Positions 13,120 through 28,274 of a stretch of 64,000 bases of DNA are shown one piece after another. The DNA is from Tricharina praecox (taxonomy: Eukaryota): the NCBI RefSeq assembly GCF_024521635.1, contig NW_026250426.1, forward strand, positions 310,001 to 374,000, read 5' to 3'. The position numbers were made by a program, and so were the translations under genes. How positions within the stretch are numbered: the first letter of the stretch is position 1; each line of letters begins with the position of its first letter. Under the pieces are notes generated by a model, which saw nothing but the letters and a program-made list of their open reading frames with translations, had not been told where the DNA came from and did not search any database.

Positions 13120-16100
13120 TGTTTCTATGAATGAAATGGATTTGACGAATATAACCTAATTTCAAGAGTTAGAATTCCTACATTGAAAACCATTCCTCCG
13201 GTACTCCCATCATCTATGGATACCGTATTTACACATTTGGGTGATGCTATGTACATAGAATCAGGATCGGCCCTATTCTCCCTCGGGTACTCGCCGCAAA
13301 CCTGTGTTCATCAAGCTACTATACCTACCTACTTCGTGCAGCCGGGTCAAATGCGCAGTTACAACTTACCTATGCAGAGTAGTTACCAGCATACATGTAC
13401 ATGGAAAATCACTCGTCAGAGTCCGGGAACCTTGAGATTTGAGATTTGAGATGTAGTACACGGCGTCCAGGGAACTTCTTGAAGCACGACCCCTGCGTAG
13501 AGTACCGATAGACAAAGGTGATAACGATGGATGAGGGGGTGTAAGGGAGTATGTACATACAGCAGCAAAAAGTGGGGTGCGATTGATACCGAAGGTTTCT
13601 AGTAGTACTGTTTCAATCCAGCAGTCTTAGATAATACAGATTTACTCTGGTATTTTTCCCCCTCTATACTCTCAATTCTACAGTAAAGAAAAACATTATA
13701 CGCAGTGTTGTAAAGATACGCTCACTAAAAAGCCGGAAGGACTACTGCAATTCTTCCGAATGCAAAAATTTACGTGCTGTCCAGATTACCAGGAAACTAC
13801 CAGAGAACTACCTAGCTCGCACAACAGCATAATGCAGAGAAAATGTTGTGATGCTAATCAAATAGTTCCGAGACTGTAGTAAACCTACGACGGCAAGAGT
13901 CTTGCAGAATATATGCCGTGGTGAGCAAAATGCACCAGTCATTGAATTCGGTATGCATACGGTAGAAACCCTCAAGATTCAACAATACGTACTGTGAGTA
14001 AAATGTGCTGTGTGCAAGCAAACATTTACGACATTCTTGTAGTGTATGAAGTGCCGTAAGCCTACGGAATAAATAGTGTAGAGGAAACTATACGGATTGA
14101 GCTGAATATAGTGGAGCTGCCGAGCCCCTACAGAATTGAGAAGTATCAGGCAGTGTCTACACTACGTATATTTTACGTATGCAGGTACATAGTTAACTCA
14201 TACTGACTTTAGTCAGAGTCTTCTCCAAAGTGTATTTTTCCACGCAGAGGAATGGAATGATTATGAACGGAAACTTCCATGGATAAGGCTGCGAGCTTTG
14301 CTAGGGAACTCGAGGAGAGAACTACTTGGTTCGGTGTTCCGACGGTGCACGTTCGTAAACGCACACGAGATGGCAAAGCAAGGCATTGCTGGAGGCAGGA
14401 TATAAAGCTTCGGTTCAGTGTTGGCTTCAACCTTCAGGAAATCGCAGTGGAGAGAGCAATGAACGGTACTAGTAGGTATGACAAGGGCGAGGAATGAGTG
14501 GTGAGCCAGAGGAACAAATAGAACGAGGAGAATGTATCCGGCGTGTTATACGGGGTCGGAGAGGAATGTGCGGTGAGTGTTCGCCGTTCGGTCTTGAAGC
14601 ATTTCACCGCACTCGTGCACTGCGCCCATCAGCTGTGTACCTACATACGTACATACATACTAGTATCTAGCTGATGCGACTTGACGTCTAAGTGTCTAGA
14701 ACGATGATTGAATTCTGCGGACAGATCTGTGGCTGGTGAGTATGGCGATATCCGTAGGATTGTTGGATGAGCTAGATACATAATAGTGCACCCACCAACG
14801 CACACGGTGACGGGATACCAACCACGGAATAGTTAGCGCGCCACTTCTGCAGAGGAGATCTAGGTACTCTTACTGTGATCGCTGCTGTCGGTGTTGTTGC
14901 CGATGCCGCTGCTGCTGTTGTGTAGCCTTCCGGAGCCCGCTCGGCCGCTTTAGCGGCGCCAGCCAGGCCGAGCCCATCGGGGTTCATGGTAGTTTAGCAC
15001 AACGACGCCGTACGTAAGGTTGCAGGGCATCTACATCCCGCCGGCGGCCGTAGATCTCCCCGACGGCGGCAGCCATCCCCCTTACCATGATTCACAGGCG
15101 CTCACTCCGCATCCGCCGGTGATCCCGTCATCCCGCCGTCTCGGCCGGAAACCCCCCGAAACCCCCCGAAGGGGGGAGCTTGGGCCTTCTAGCGTGGCGT
15201 CTTTAGCCCATGTGGGGTAGTTAGTGAGGCAGCTATACGCGTTGTGGGGTGTGAGTCCGACCAGAGAACCCGTATCTCAGTAGTCTCCGAAATCCGTCTC
15301 CGAGCCTAGCTACCTAGAGTGCTGTAGCTGTGTAGGGAAGGATTAGGCGCGGTTGGCGAAATGGCCATGCACAGCCGAATCATGAGCGCTACATACATAC
15401 GACTGGGTTTTGGGCGATCTAAAAGGTTCCTGATCGATCGACGGACTAGAGTAGAGTAGAGTTCTCTACCAATTGCGAAGCGGAAAGGTTAGGTGGAAAG
15501 TGACGGGTGGTTTTTGGGCCCTTGCGCTTAGTCACATACTGGGCTTCTAGGGGGAAAAGGAAGATTCCGCGATGCAAGTAGTTAGCACCTTGATGGGCCG
15601 GGTTGTGAGTGTCGACACCAGGTGATGGATTCTGAAACGTTGGCGACGAGTTGCGCATTGCCTCTCGTGAGTCGGGACGAATGGAGGCCGCAGCGACGGG
15701 TTTCACCGGAGGCGAAGCGTATGCAGCGCGGACGGACGGACAAGTCATCGAGACCGAAACCAGAAAGATCCAGGTCCGCGAGGTTGCCGAGGCGGAAAAA
15801 TCCATGCGTGCATAGAAGTTGGGGGACCGCGGGACACCTATGTACAATATATCTAGATGCTGCTAGACGTGACGGTTCGTGATTGGAGGTGGTTGCGGTG
15901 ATGCGCTTCTGGCCATGGCTGCGGTCGTAAAGATCAGAAACGCTGACGACAGGTCCAAGACAGTTCACAGTGCAGTAGGTAGGTACGCCAGTGTATTGCA
16001 ACGAGATTTGTAGTTCAGAGCCGGCCTACGCACGTATGTAAGTATATATCGGTATCGTCAGACGGAGTGGGGTAGTTAGACATCCCATCGAAGTGGCCAT

Positions 16101-19100
16101 TCCCATAGTTGCATATCGTACGAACGAGCGATGTACCTACATATGCACTGCTGGATCACACACGACCGTTCGTCAGGGCGATGCCGCGAAGTTCGTATGC
16201 ATGTAGTTATGTACGCAGGACGGGTGCTGACGAGTGATTGCACCCCGTGGCCAGCCCGAGATCGACCTCTCCCGGGGGGGTCTTCGGCGTTCCCGACCGG
16301 ATCTCTCCGCCCGCTAATCTCCCGAGTGGTTTCCCGGATCCACAGCACGGGCCGCCCGGCCGGCCGGATGTTTCATCTTTTCGGCGGCGCGATGATCCCC
16401 CCTCCCACCCCCACCCATCCCCTCCATCCCCCCGATCTGGCCATGACCGCCGAAAGAGCCCCAATTCCCCGAGAAAAGAAACTCGGGAAATCACCGTGTT
16501 TCATCAAAGATTCCTTCGGTACGAGAAGGAGGAAGGGAGGTCCGAGTGAGTTGGGTTGAGTCGACGACGGCGGCCGCGGTGCGGTGCGCTGTGTTTCGGA
16601 TACCAGACTCCCGATGCGGAAGAAGAGAGAAGAGGAAAGCCGGACTCTTGGCGGGAAGTTCAAGGCCCCTCGGGTTTCCGAAAATGCAAAAGATGCACAA
16701 CCTTTTTTTTTCTTTACTTTTTTTTTTAGTGGGGTTGGTTTGGTTTGGGTTGGTGGGTTGGATGTCTCGCTCTCCCCGAACAAGCACGAGCGATGATTCG
16801 GAAATCTAGTCTAGCTGCCGAAAGGGATCTACCACACATACATGGGAGGGGGATTTCACGTGCTATGCTCTATTCTATGCAGTTAGAGTACAGGAGCCCG
16901 GTGAGCTGCCCGAGCTTTTTCTACTGCTGCAGCTAAGCTTGACGGTGATGCATCAAAACGCAACGACGCATGACGATGATCACCATGTCGGTATGCATCT
17001 AACGAACGAGTCGGTCCTTCTAGTCAGTACGCCGGCATATGTATGGTATGTATGGTACATGCATACATGTCCTATCCAGAGTATGCATAGAGTAGCTACT
17101 CTCCTTAGAGTCTTGACAAGTGCCGCATAAGCATTAGCAAAGGCACATATCAAACCTCTTACTTGGGTACATAGCAGGCATATGTAGTAATCCACTCTAA
17201 GCATAAGCATAATTAAGCTGCTCCTCTTCCCTCCCTCTTCCCTCCCTCCCCCCAGCAGGACCCCTCCCCTCCAATAATCCGACGGTTCGGACCCCCCAAA
17301 GTGCACTGTGCGACCCTTCGTCTACGGCACTTGCCCATTGGTCGACCCCGGACAATCGGGCGTCTCGGGATGTGCAGGAATAACTCCATCGGCTATTAAC
17401 TATCGCTGATCCGGGGGTGGAGGGGTGGGGTGGGTGGAGCTGAATGACGACGACCGGCCGCGGTATCGATCCGCGCCAGATTTTGATGCGGTGATGTGGT
17501 GATGATGGGATGTGTGGTGTGTGTGAGCGCGATGGGACGTAATGGGACTTCCTACCTACCCACATACCCACATATGCCTACCCGCCGCCGCCCAGCAGCC
17601 AAGATGATATGCGACGCACATGCACTCTACTATAGATAAACATGCAACCTAACCCTCTCCTCTTCCTCCTCCTCATAGAGGTGGTTATCGAGGGGCAGCT
17701 TTCGTCAAAAACCTGATGTCCGGCTTGCGGCACGTGCGCACGGATTTTGGGGTGCCTCGGTGCGGTGCGGTGGTGAGACGGAAACGAAGTGGAGGAGAGA
17801 GGGGGCCTGGGCGGATGATAACTATGTCTAGCTAGATAACTCTACGGGTTATGCATGCAACGGATCCTCCCTCCCTTCCTCCCTCAGCTCTCTTCCGACC
17901 CCACACTGGGCACAACGCCAAGGTTACCCAGACTAAGACCACTGAGACACGCGCCTGTTCGAGGAAAGGCGCCCCTCCTCCCCCCATCATCCGCTTGGCA
18001 TCACTACCATGATCCGGTCTGGTTTCGTGGAAAACCTTCAAGGCAGGCCACAGACCGTATGCGTGTGTGCGGGAGTGCGTATGGGAGTATGTGCGTGTGT
18101 GTAGATGGCTTCATCAGGGAAGTTAGTTGGCCAGGAAACCCCCATCCCCCAAAAGAAAAAGTGATATCCTGGGTATGTATGTATGATGTACTGTACGATA
18201 TTGACCGGAGCAAACCCTACCCAACTGGCACAGACAATCTCCATCGCATGAATGGGTGCCTCCGGTGGTCGGGGAGGGGGAGGGGGATCATCGAACCACC
18301 AATGGACGAGTGCAAAAGACCTCTTCCAGGGCGGGAGACTCGCAAGCCGCCGACGTCGTTCGTTTCAAGAACTCAGCCTGCCTGCATCTTGCATCTTTCT
18401 CTGGGGGTGTTGGGGTTCGGCGGTTTCGGCCGCGGATCATCACGGTTGGACCGACCGACCGACCGACCGACATCCTGGGGGCAGATCAGCAAAAGCGAAA
18501 AACATGCCTTTTTGACGCATGGCTGCTGGTGGGGTGGGGTGGGGCGTGGAGAAAAAAAACCTGCCGAATCTTGACGCTCGGTGGTGGTGGAGGTGGTGGT
18601 GGACATCGCTGGAGACGTAGATCTGGGGTATGTAGAGCACCTACCTATGATGACGCCGAGTTGTTTGCAGGTCTTCTCTTTTGCTGCAGCCTCGGTGTCA
18701 CACTCCGTTGGCTGATAGCTAACGTATAATTCCTATGCTATGGCTGCTGACGGGCGAAAAAATGATTGGCCGGTACCTACTTGGTACCTATTTCGAGCCC
18801 AGCAGTGACCACTAACTAACCAGTGATCCGCGGATCCGCGGGATGGGATGGGGAAACGCTCGCTCGCTCGCACGCATGCACATCAGCCTCCCCTCCCCCT
18901 CTCACTCCCCACTGCAGGCTGAATTCAGCCAGTAAGTCGGCAAGTAGAGCGTATCACGTCAGGCCCAAACCAAACTCCCATGGAGGATGGAGGGCGGGAA
19001 GGGGGCGTCGTTCTCAAACGCGGACACGGTTACCTCTTGTGGCCCAATCGCGGATTTTTCCATCCATCCATCCATCCATAATACCCGTACCGGGACGTCT

Positions 19101-22100
19101 CGGACACTTCCTGCGGCCCGCGCTTTCACATGCGATCCCACTCCCACTCCCACACCGAGACGAGACGAGTGACATCAAGTGCCTCACATGGTACCCCATC
19201 GCATCGCATCGCATTTCATCGCATTTCATCGCATCCTGTTCCCCGGGGATGGGGAGGGGGGTTTAAACAACCTATAGTACAGTAGCTGGTAGGTATAGGT
19301 ATAGGTACCGTATTGCTACCATAAATAATTCGAGGATGTATAGTAGGTAGAGTACTCTACATACACAGCCTACATAATATACACTCACCCTATGGTAGCA
19401 TACCAAGTTACCAACCAACCATGGGGAGATTAATTCCACATAGCCGCCGTCAGCGAGGAGATCTGGCGTAGTTACCCACCGTACCTATTTTCCAATATAT
19501 ACATCTAGCGTCAACACTACCTAGGTCCTAGTAATTAGCACCCAGCACCCAGCACCACCAGCACCACGTGTTCATCTTTGCGGCCTTTTTTTTCCTCCCC
19601 CACCAAACGAAACGCAACGCAACGCAGCGGAACGAAACGAAATTTGTAGCTTCCCTTCCTTGGGAATTCTACCGGTGAGCTGGTGAGCTGGTGAGCTGGT
19701 GGTGAGACAGCCGGGATAGCCGGAATCGAAGAATCGAGGGAATCTCGAACGGAGGGGAGAATAAAAAACGATTATAGTACTATGCTATGGAGTGGAGTCG
19801 ATGGCTATAGGTGGTTAGGTAACTGGTAGAGTGAATAGAGTACGGTACCTACCTACGTACGCGTCGGTCAGTCGGGCGGTCAGTCGGTCATTCACGACGA
19901 CGGATTGACCGGCACACATGTGGAGGACTCAGGAGGACGGGGGGCGGGAGGGAGACATGTCACATCAGACGATAACCTTCAGCCGGGTGATCCCGCATGA
20001 AGGCCTCCAGGCTCCTCCTCCCTTCCGATATGTAGAGTAGGTACAAAGAACCTCGTGGCCGTATCGAATCGGACCTATGCTCCCACGCTCCCGACCTTAG
20101 AGCCTTGGAGTCTTAGAGTCTTGGACCTTGTGTTCCCAACTCCCAACTTCGGGGGAGGGTGAAACACAACAAGCGAAGGGAACTCTCCCTATCGATTTCG
20201 AGTCGAGTTGTGGACTAGTTAGCGTTGGGTTTTTGACAGGCAGGCTGGAAGGGTACGTAACTTAGGAAGCGCGGCGGTGCATTTCCTCCCCACGTGACAA
20301 CTTCACTAATTACTACTAAAAAGTTCACTTCCAAATGCAAGTAAGTGGATCAATCTCAAATGTCGCTCCTCCCGGGCTCCCAGGCTCCCAGGCTCCCAGG
20401 CTCCCAGGCTCCCAGGCGTCCAGCTGAACGGGGGTGCTGGGGTGGGGGGGGGGGGGGGGGGGGGGGGGGAGAATAGGAACAAGTTGGAGCTCGGGACTCG
20501 ATGCAGCCAGTGCACAAAAGGAAAAAACGTTTGATTTTTTTCTTGTCGTTTTTACCGCATGGGGTAGGTAAGGGTACTCTACTCAGGCAACTATAGATAT
20601 AGCACCCTACCTATGAGGCTATGACTTGGCGGTTCTCTCCGGAGCAAACCGATAATTATCTGGGTACTAACTATATGTATCGATATATGTAGTTAGATAG
20701 ACGGTGATATCCACCCGTGCCACTCGACGACGGCGGTAGGTAGGACGCGGACGCAGGTCACGCTGATCTGATCCCGGCGATCTGCCTGTCTGTCTGTCAG
20801 TGCGATACATGTGGTGGATATTTCCGCATGCAGTGCATGGTAGGTAGCCTCATCGAGTCCCGCCCCTTTCACGGACAAGGCGGCGGCGAGTGGTGGGAGA
20901 GAAAGAGGAATCTGGGAGAGAGCCTTCTTTGCAATTTCGACTTTCGAGTCGAGCGGGGACTCGGGTTTGTTGGTTTGCTCTAAGTTCTTCGGTGGGATGG
21001 GTAGGTAAGGTAAGGTAGAGTACGGCAGGTACTTGCCTACCGTTTAGGTATTATGTAGTATTCTGTGTATGTACCTGTAGTACCTATTGCCCTCCTCCTC
21101 CCGCTTCCATTGTACTCCCTGCTGCTCCCACTGCTCCCACTGTTCCCAGCCTCCGACAGTCCCACTCCGGCTCACTGATCACTTGTCACTGCACTGATCA
21201 CTGATCACTGTGAAACGGAGCAGAGCGGTTTACATTCCCAGCGGAGATGAGGCGAACCCAACTTCCAACCTCCAACACTGAACAGCCCAACATTGAACAG
21301 CCCGTCCAGTCCGCGCGCTCGGGATCTGAGTGCATAATAATTCAGGAGTGCATATTTAGTATGTACACAGTTCCAACTTCCATGTAGATATCATATGTAG
21401 TGTACATACATACCAGGTACACAGAGATTGCTGATAAGTATTCGATCCTCGATACCCACACTGCACCTACACTGTGCCTGAACAGGAACTTGGAAGAACC
21501 TGCCCTGCGCTATTTATGTACATACTTGGTATGTGTGTACGAGAAGAGCCCACGAAAACGAGTACTTGGCCAGCACGTACTTGCTCGTTTTCTACTGTGT
21601 GGATCGAGCATATATGCGCAGTAGTACCCACCCAGTACATCTACCGTCCGTCCTTCCGTCCTTCCGTCCGCAGTGACGATTGATCGCATTTGGAGTCTGG
21701 CGACGCCGCATCACGCCAGCGGCCGCGCCACGCCACGCAAATCACCCACGCAAATCACCCACGGCCCACGGTCTACGGGTAATCTGCGCGTAGGCGAGCG
21801 GTCGCAATGAGGCGATGTCGAGTCGTACATAACATACATACACACCTGGTACATGCCTGGTGCATACATGGTACTCCAATGCAATGTAATGTAATGTAAT
21901 GCAGCAAGCCATCTCAGACGGACGGTCCTTTCATCGAGTATCAATCATGTATCATATGTACTGTGCAGTACATATCCGTCAGTCGAGGTCGTGCCTCCCT
22001 CCATCCAGGATCCCACGTGGCTTGTGACAGTGACAGTGACAGTGACATCCCGGCCCTGGCTTTGCTTTGCTTTGGGGTGCCACCCAGTCTGTGGCTAACT

Positions 22101-22695
22101 GTCTGCCTGTATATATGTCTGTTGGGCGGTCGGGCGGTCGGGTTGTTGCTACCTAGTAGTCAATGCTGTGAGATGCTGATGGATCATGGATAGCATATGT
22201 ATGGACATGGCGGATGAATGGTGGATGGTGGATAGGTGCAGTGCAGAATAGCAATATCACCAGCCGATACCCACCTATATCCCCATGTAGTGGGCAAACA
22301 AACAATCTCCGGTTTCTACACATGTATGCAAGTTGAACGAACAGCGATATCCCCCGCAACCAGCACCCAGCATCCAGCGCGGTCGATAACCAGGTTAGCT
22401 ACCTACCAGCCTACCAGCCTACCAGCCTACCACTGGTCCACTGCACTGCACAGAATTCTGCCAAGTCGTATGTATATATGTCTGTATGTATGTGATCCGC
22501 AGCGGGGGTTGCAGACTCAGTGCACATGTGGCGCGACTCGCGACTCGCGACCGGTGATGATAGTTGTGATTGTGCTGGTGGTGCTGCTGCTGGTGGAGGA
22601 GGTGGTAAGGTAGCCGCTCGCATGTAGAGTACTCTACGGCAAGTACCATGCCTTATGACCACGTGCGGGAAGTTTCCTCAGCGCCCGCCGCCCAG

Positions 22696-22770
22696 TGCCC
22701 AGAGTGCCCAGTGTCCAGCGCCCAGAGTGCCCAGTGTCCAGCGCCCAGAGTGCCCAGTGTCCAGCGCCCA
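22696..22770. repeat. 23-bp minisatellite (GCCCAGAGTGCCCAGTGTCCAGC) x~3
   Basis: Directly visible tandem repeat. Confidence 0.85.
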
Positions 22771-25700
22771 CATGGAGATCGTACCTGATCCGACCGTGGC
22801 TGGCATGAGCATGAGCAAGGGCATGGGGGGGCATGAGCATGGACATGGGGGGGCATGGGGCATGGACGATAACGCAACACCCAAGTACTCTAGGTACATA
22901 TGATACCATTAGTAGATAGGTGCGTGGCTGCGGATCATCTACATATATACATGTTCCCATGGCAGAGGAAACTTGTGGCGGGGCTGTGGCGCGGTAACCA
23001 CTATGAGTATGTGCATACCTTTGGTAAGAGGTAAGGACTTGGACATGACTTGACTGCAAGACTGCAAGACTGCAGGATTTCGACATGGACTTCAGTTCTG
23101 TTCTGTCGAAGCTACTGGTATGTCTAAAGTACATACAGAGCTCCCGAGTAGGTACATAGAGTACCTACGGGATGGATGTCGTACATCGAAGGTACATCGT
23201 ATATACTCGCCACCAGCAAAAGTGCATACCCACGCCCGCAGGCACGCACGGCTGGCTCACAGGTTACACTTCCTGGGCCCCTCCTCCTCCACATCCTCTT
23301 ATCGTTCGGATCCGCCCGGGGGGAGGGGCAAGTTCTTTTCTCCAGATCCGTCGTCATCGTCTCGTCGAGCTGAGGCACGATTCCGGTGGTGGTGCAGGGC
23401 CAGGGTAACTAACTGCTAGTAGGTATTTGTCGACCCCACGCAACCTACTCTACTCTACGCAAACCCTATTCGTTGCTGAATGGGCGAGGGAGGAGAGGGG
23501 AGGAGGGGAGGAGGGGAGGAGATGTAGGTAAGACATGCATGGGAGGAGATGTAGGTAAGACATGCATGGGAGGGAGGGAGGGAGGGAGGGAGGGAGGGAG
23601 GGAGGGAGGGGAAGGATGAGGAGCGATTGATCACCCTCACCCGACCCCCTCCCCTCCCGTCCTGGAGCGTGGGGAGAGGGGGAGTCAGAGGGAAGAGGGG
23701 GAGAGTGAGTGTGTGTGCTCCCTGTGTGTGTGCTCCCTGTGTGTCTGTGTGTGTGTGCGCTCTGTGTGTGTGTGTGTGTGTGTGTGTGTTCGGTGAAGAG
23801 AAAACCGAGGTTGCACTGTGTGTAAGTAGCGCGAAGCAAGGGATGATTCGACTGCGGAAGACGAGGAGGACGAGGAGGAGGAGAAGCAGGAGGATGGCAG
23901 TGAGGATCCGGGAGCTTACTAGAGCAGCTAGTAGCTACCCATGCGCACTGGCGTGCGGGGCCGGCGCATCCCCCTCCCTCCGTCGCTCCCTGCCTCTCTG
24001 CGTGCCTCCCTCCACCGGGCACGCATCCCCTTGCTCCCACCCACAGTCCGAACACGATGTGTCTGAGTGTGTGAGATGGCTGCAAGTACGATGATGATGA
24101 CGATGATGATTATGTGTGGTCTCTTTCCGCCACCACCACCACCACCGCCGCCGCCGACCACGCCGGCCGGCCGGTACACCGTACCCACACACGCAGTACG
24201 AACAATTCCAGAATAGGGAGGAGGAGGAGGAGGAGGAGGAGCTGGCTACTGGAGGAAGTTTGAGATCCGTCGGATTGAACCCACCGAAAACGAAGGAGAC
24301 ATTGGGTAGCGGGAACATGGCCAATAACTAGAGTATCCAGGCCTCCACGATCTAGAGTAGAGTAGATGTACCAGCAGACACGGTCACCGGTTTTGCGCGC
24401 CCTCCGTTCCTTCCTTCCCCCGTTCCATCGTTAACTTCCTTCCTTCCTTGCACACATACGGCGGCGGCGGCGGCGACGGCGTGGATTCTCCGGCGTCCAG
24501 CGTCCAGCGTCCGTCGCCTTTCGTATTTGTTGGCCATGGCCGCTCGCACACTAACTACTCTTGTTAGTGACTCGGCTCAGGCCCGGTCGAGAATCGAGAA
24601 AAGATGCTTCGAAGAATTTTCGAAGAATTTTCCACACGCCGTTGTTCCAGCTGTTCCAGGTCCTTGCGGAAATCACCTAACCTAGTCCCTCCCCCCTTCC
24701 CATGGCGCGCGAAAAGGGGGAGAGGGGGAGAAAGCAAGCAGCAAACAAGCAAGCACGTCGTCATCTCCGTCCATCCGTGGGTGGGTAACTACGGTATCTA
24801 GATAGCCAGATCTACCACCCGCCCTTCCTTCAGGCTTCGAGGCTTCGAGGCTTCGAGGATTCGAGGATTCGAGGATTCGACAAGAGCGGCTAACTAGCCA
24901 GCCAACCTTTTCGTTAGTACGGGCGTACTACCCATAGGTCTTTACATACCCATCGTATGTATCGTATGAATTGTATCGTGTCTATCGTATGTATCGCACC
25001 TATCTGTCGTAAGTATCGCATCTATCGTATGTAACGCCCGTGGTAGCCCATGGGCCGCGGTGGCCCGTGGTGAGCCGTGGCAGCTCAGCACATAAAAGAA
25101 AAAAAAGAAAAAAAAACGTGGTTAAGCCACTCCGGACGATCGCCCCGCTTCGTCGGGTCGACGCATTCCCCCCCCCCCCCTCCCTCCCACCTCCCCAGCC
25201 GCAGCCGTATGTAGCCCCTCACATCATTTTGCCAAACCAACCATCCAACCAACCATCCATCCACCCTCTGATACACCACGTGCTCTGATGCAGCCACAGT
25301 ACATGGAGTAGGTAATCGCCTCTCCGCTCCGCAGTCCGCGGTCCGCACAAACTGTTTTCCCTCCCTCGCTTATTGGGTTACACACACACACACACACACA
25401 CACACGCGAGCTGTCGGCACGAGGGGGGTCTGTACACACATATGATATATCTACAGAAAAAAAGCCGAAATGTATCTACATTATGCACATATCCTCTCCA
25501 ATGTCTCCAATGTCTCCATCATAAAACGAACCGAAAGTCCAGTCTGCTCTGCAATTTACTCTCCAGGTCCGGGGCTGGGGGATGGCGGGAGGGAGGGGGG
25601 GGGTTACCTACCTCACATATATCATACATATCATACATACTCCTACATACTCCTACATATGCTACAAACGCTCGCTTCCGCCGTGCCGGGCCCAGCACCA

Positions 25701-28274
25701 GCACCAGTACGCACCCACGTACGTATGTAACGTAACCACCACCACTACCACCACCACACGCAACGCAACGCAGGGCACTCAGGGCACGCAGGCGGCAGGC
25801 AGGTAGGCACGCAGGGCACGCAAGGTACACTACACTACACTGCCTATCGTACATCCCACCTCTCCCACCTCCCCCCCGGCGGCTATCCCATCGCATCCAT
25901 GGACCATACCTATGGCCATGGATAGAGGGATGGAGGGATGGAGGGACCGGAGTGATCGGCGACTCCGCGACTCGCGACTCGCGAGGTCGAAGGCATGGTG
26001 CATCAGGGCAAACTTAACTTCACACCTCTGGGTTGGCGGGCGGGTAGGTGTGTGTGCGGGTGTGCGGGTGTGCAGGTAGGTGTGGGTGCGGGTAGGTATC
26101 GCCGCTCTCGACTGATTGACTGATTTGTTCACCCCGTCCCCCCTCCAAACAAACAGTGCAAACAGTGGGTGGGATGGGATCGGTGGGATGATTGTCGTGA
26201 TTCGTGCTCCGGACGACGACAATGATGATGATTATATGCTTCTACTACTACCACTACTACTGCTGATGAAGATGTATCCAACCTTCAGAAAAAACACAGA
26301 TATAGCGCATTATACTTTTCATGATACATAATTGGGTACCGAGTACTCCACTCTACTCCAGGTACTCCAGATTCCAGGTAGGCACTGGGCGCAGCCGCAG
26401 CCGCAGCCGCATGCGGAAATACGACCAAGACCGACCAAGACCGTCCTGTCCCGTCCTGCAACTGCAGGGCGCGGGCAAGGCAGGGCAGGGCAGGGCATGT
26501 ACGTAGGAAAGTGGAAGGAGTGGAAGTAAATGGAAGTAAACGACAGCAACAGCAACAGCGCTCCTCCTCATCCTCCCGCTCCTCCCCCTCCGCCGCATCC
26601 CCGAACCCCGAACCCCGAACCCCGAACCCCGAACTGCGAAACCGATTGGCTCCCAGGACCCCCAGGAACCTCCAGGAACCGGAAGTCTTGTCTTGTTTCG
26701 CCGGGCCATAGCTATATTCAGCTGCATTTCGTGGGGAGTTCGGTACCGGGCCAAGTGCAAAGCCAAGTGCCAGGCCCAGGTCAAGGCCAGGAACATCCAT
26801 CCAACCATCCAATCCATCCATCCACCCATCCATCATCATAGGTACCATACCACGCCATGGCATGGCATGACCCCTCCAGTGAGTCGTGACTGCCCGCCCA
26901 TACCCAAGCCATGTCCATGCCCAAGCCCAATCCCAATCCCACGCCCATGCCCAATCCCAATCCCAATCCCACGCCCATGCCCATGCAGTCTGGTACCGAC
27001 CATACCATAACTTACCGTACCGTACCGCGCCGTACCATACCTGGCCGTTTCGTTTCGTTTCGCATGATCTCCCCGTCCCTCCGTCCCCCCGTTTCCCATG
27101 ATCTCCCGTCCTTCCGTTTCGCTCCCTCCTTGCTGCCGCCGTGATAATCAGATCAGCACATGTAGGTCCCAACATACCTATGATGCAGGTCGACCACAGC
27201 CCAAGGGTGGTGCCAAAGCAAAAGTGTTTTGTACTGTGGCACTTCCGTACTTCAACACTTGCGCACAGCACGACGGGTTAAAAAAGTGGTAAAAGAGGCA
27301 CTTCAGCACTGCACGACACGACGAGTTGGTTGGAAAAAAAAGTGGCAAGAGACCGTCTATTCGATTTGCAACATGGACAGACATAATGATATCCCTCCTC
27401 CCGCGCCCCGCCCCTCCACCCGCACTCGTGCCAGTTGCCCTCCTCCTCCTCCTCCTCCTCCTCCTCCTTCCCGATCATGTACTGTACACACCGTCTCTAT
27501 AGTACAACCAAAAAGTTCCTTGGTCCCCTGCCCCCTTCCCTTCCCCTCCCTGTGAGTCTCGTCGTTTTGTCCAGTCCAGTCCAGTCCAGTCCAGTCCAAT
27601 CCAGCATCCCCTCCCAAAAAAAAACAAGTAGAAGAAAAAAGAAAAAGAAGTTAACTTGCAATGAATACCCGTCGTCGTAAGTATACAAAAGCCCCTTGGT
27701 AAAAAAAAATATAAAAAAAGATATAAAAAAAACCCCGTTCAAAGCGCCTTTAAAAATCTGCAATGCAAAGTAAGTATAGGAAATGGTGTGCATAAAAACA
27801 AATGAAAAACCCCCAAACAAATGAAATGGTTTGTGACGGAAAAGGAAAAAGGAGAAAGAAAAAAAAATGGGAAACAAAAAGGAATAGAATAGGAAAAAAA
27901 AGCTGATGACCCATAGGAAAAGAATAAAAAGTTACAGCGCAAGGAAGCAGGAGAGCAACCAAAAGAGAAAAGAAAAGAAAAAGGGAGAAAAAAAGAAAGA
28001 AAAAACAAACCCGTGCGCCCTAAAGACAGTAGTCAGGTGCATACAAAAGAAACCGGGTATGACCAATAGTTAAAAAATAAGTAAGAAAAATCGGGTAAAA
28101 TAATTCACAAGAAAAAGGGAAAGCATTCACTGGCCGCCGTGCATAGCTTAGGCTAGATGTCATCGACGGCCTCCATTATTCTGTAGTTTTTTAGCAGCTG
28201 GTGGATCGAACCAGCTGTCCATGATGGCCCCCTGGGCCCGTCTTGTCGATTGATCGATGCCCCTCCCCGCCCCG

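Noticed and set aside
13500..14200. AT-richer stretch upstream of the left tRNA as a TE relic
   Set aside because: No terminal repeats or TE protein motifs could be identified by eye.
17645..17660. Telomerase-RNA-template-like CCTAACCCT
   Set aside because: Too short and isolated, with no supporting structure.
22690..23575. CRISPR-like arrays (23-bp and 27-bp repeats)
   Set aside because: Head-to-tail tandem repeats with no unique spacers, in a eukaryotic context with no cas genes.
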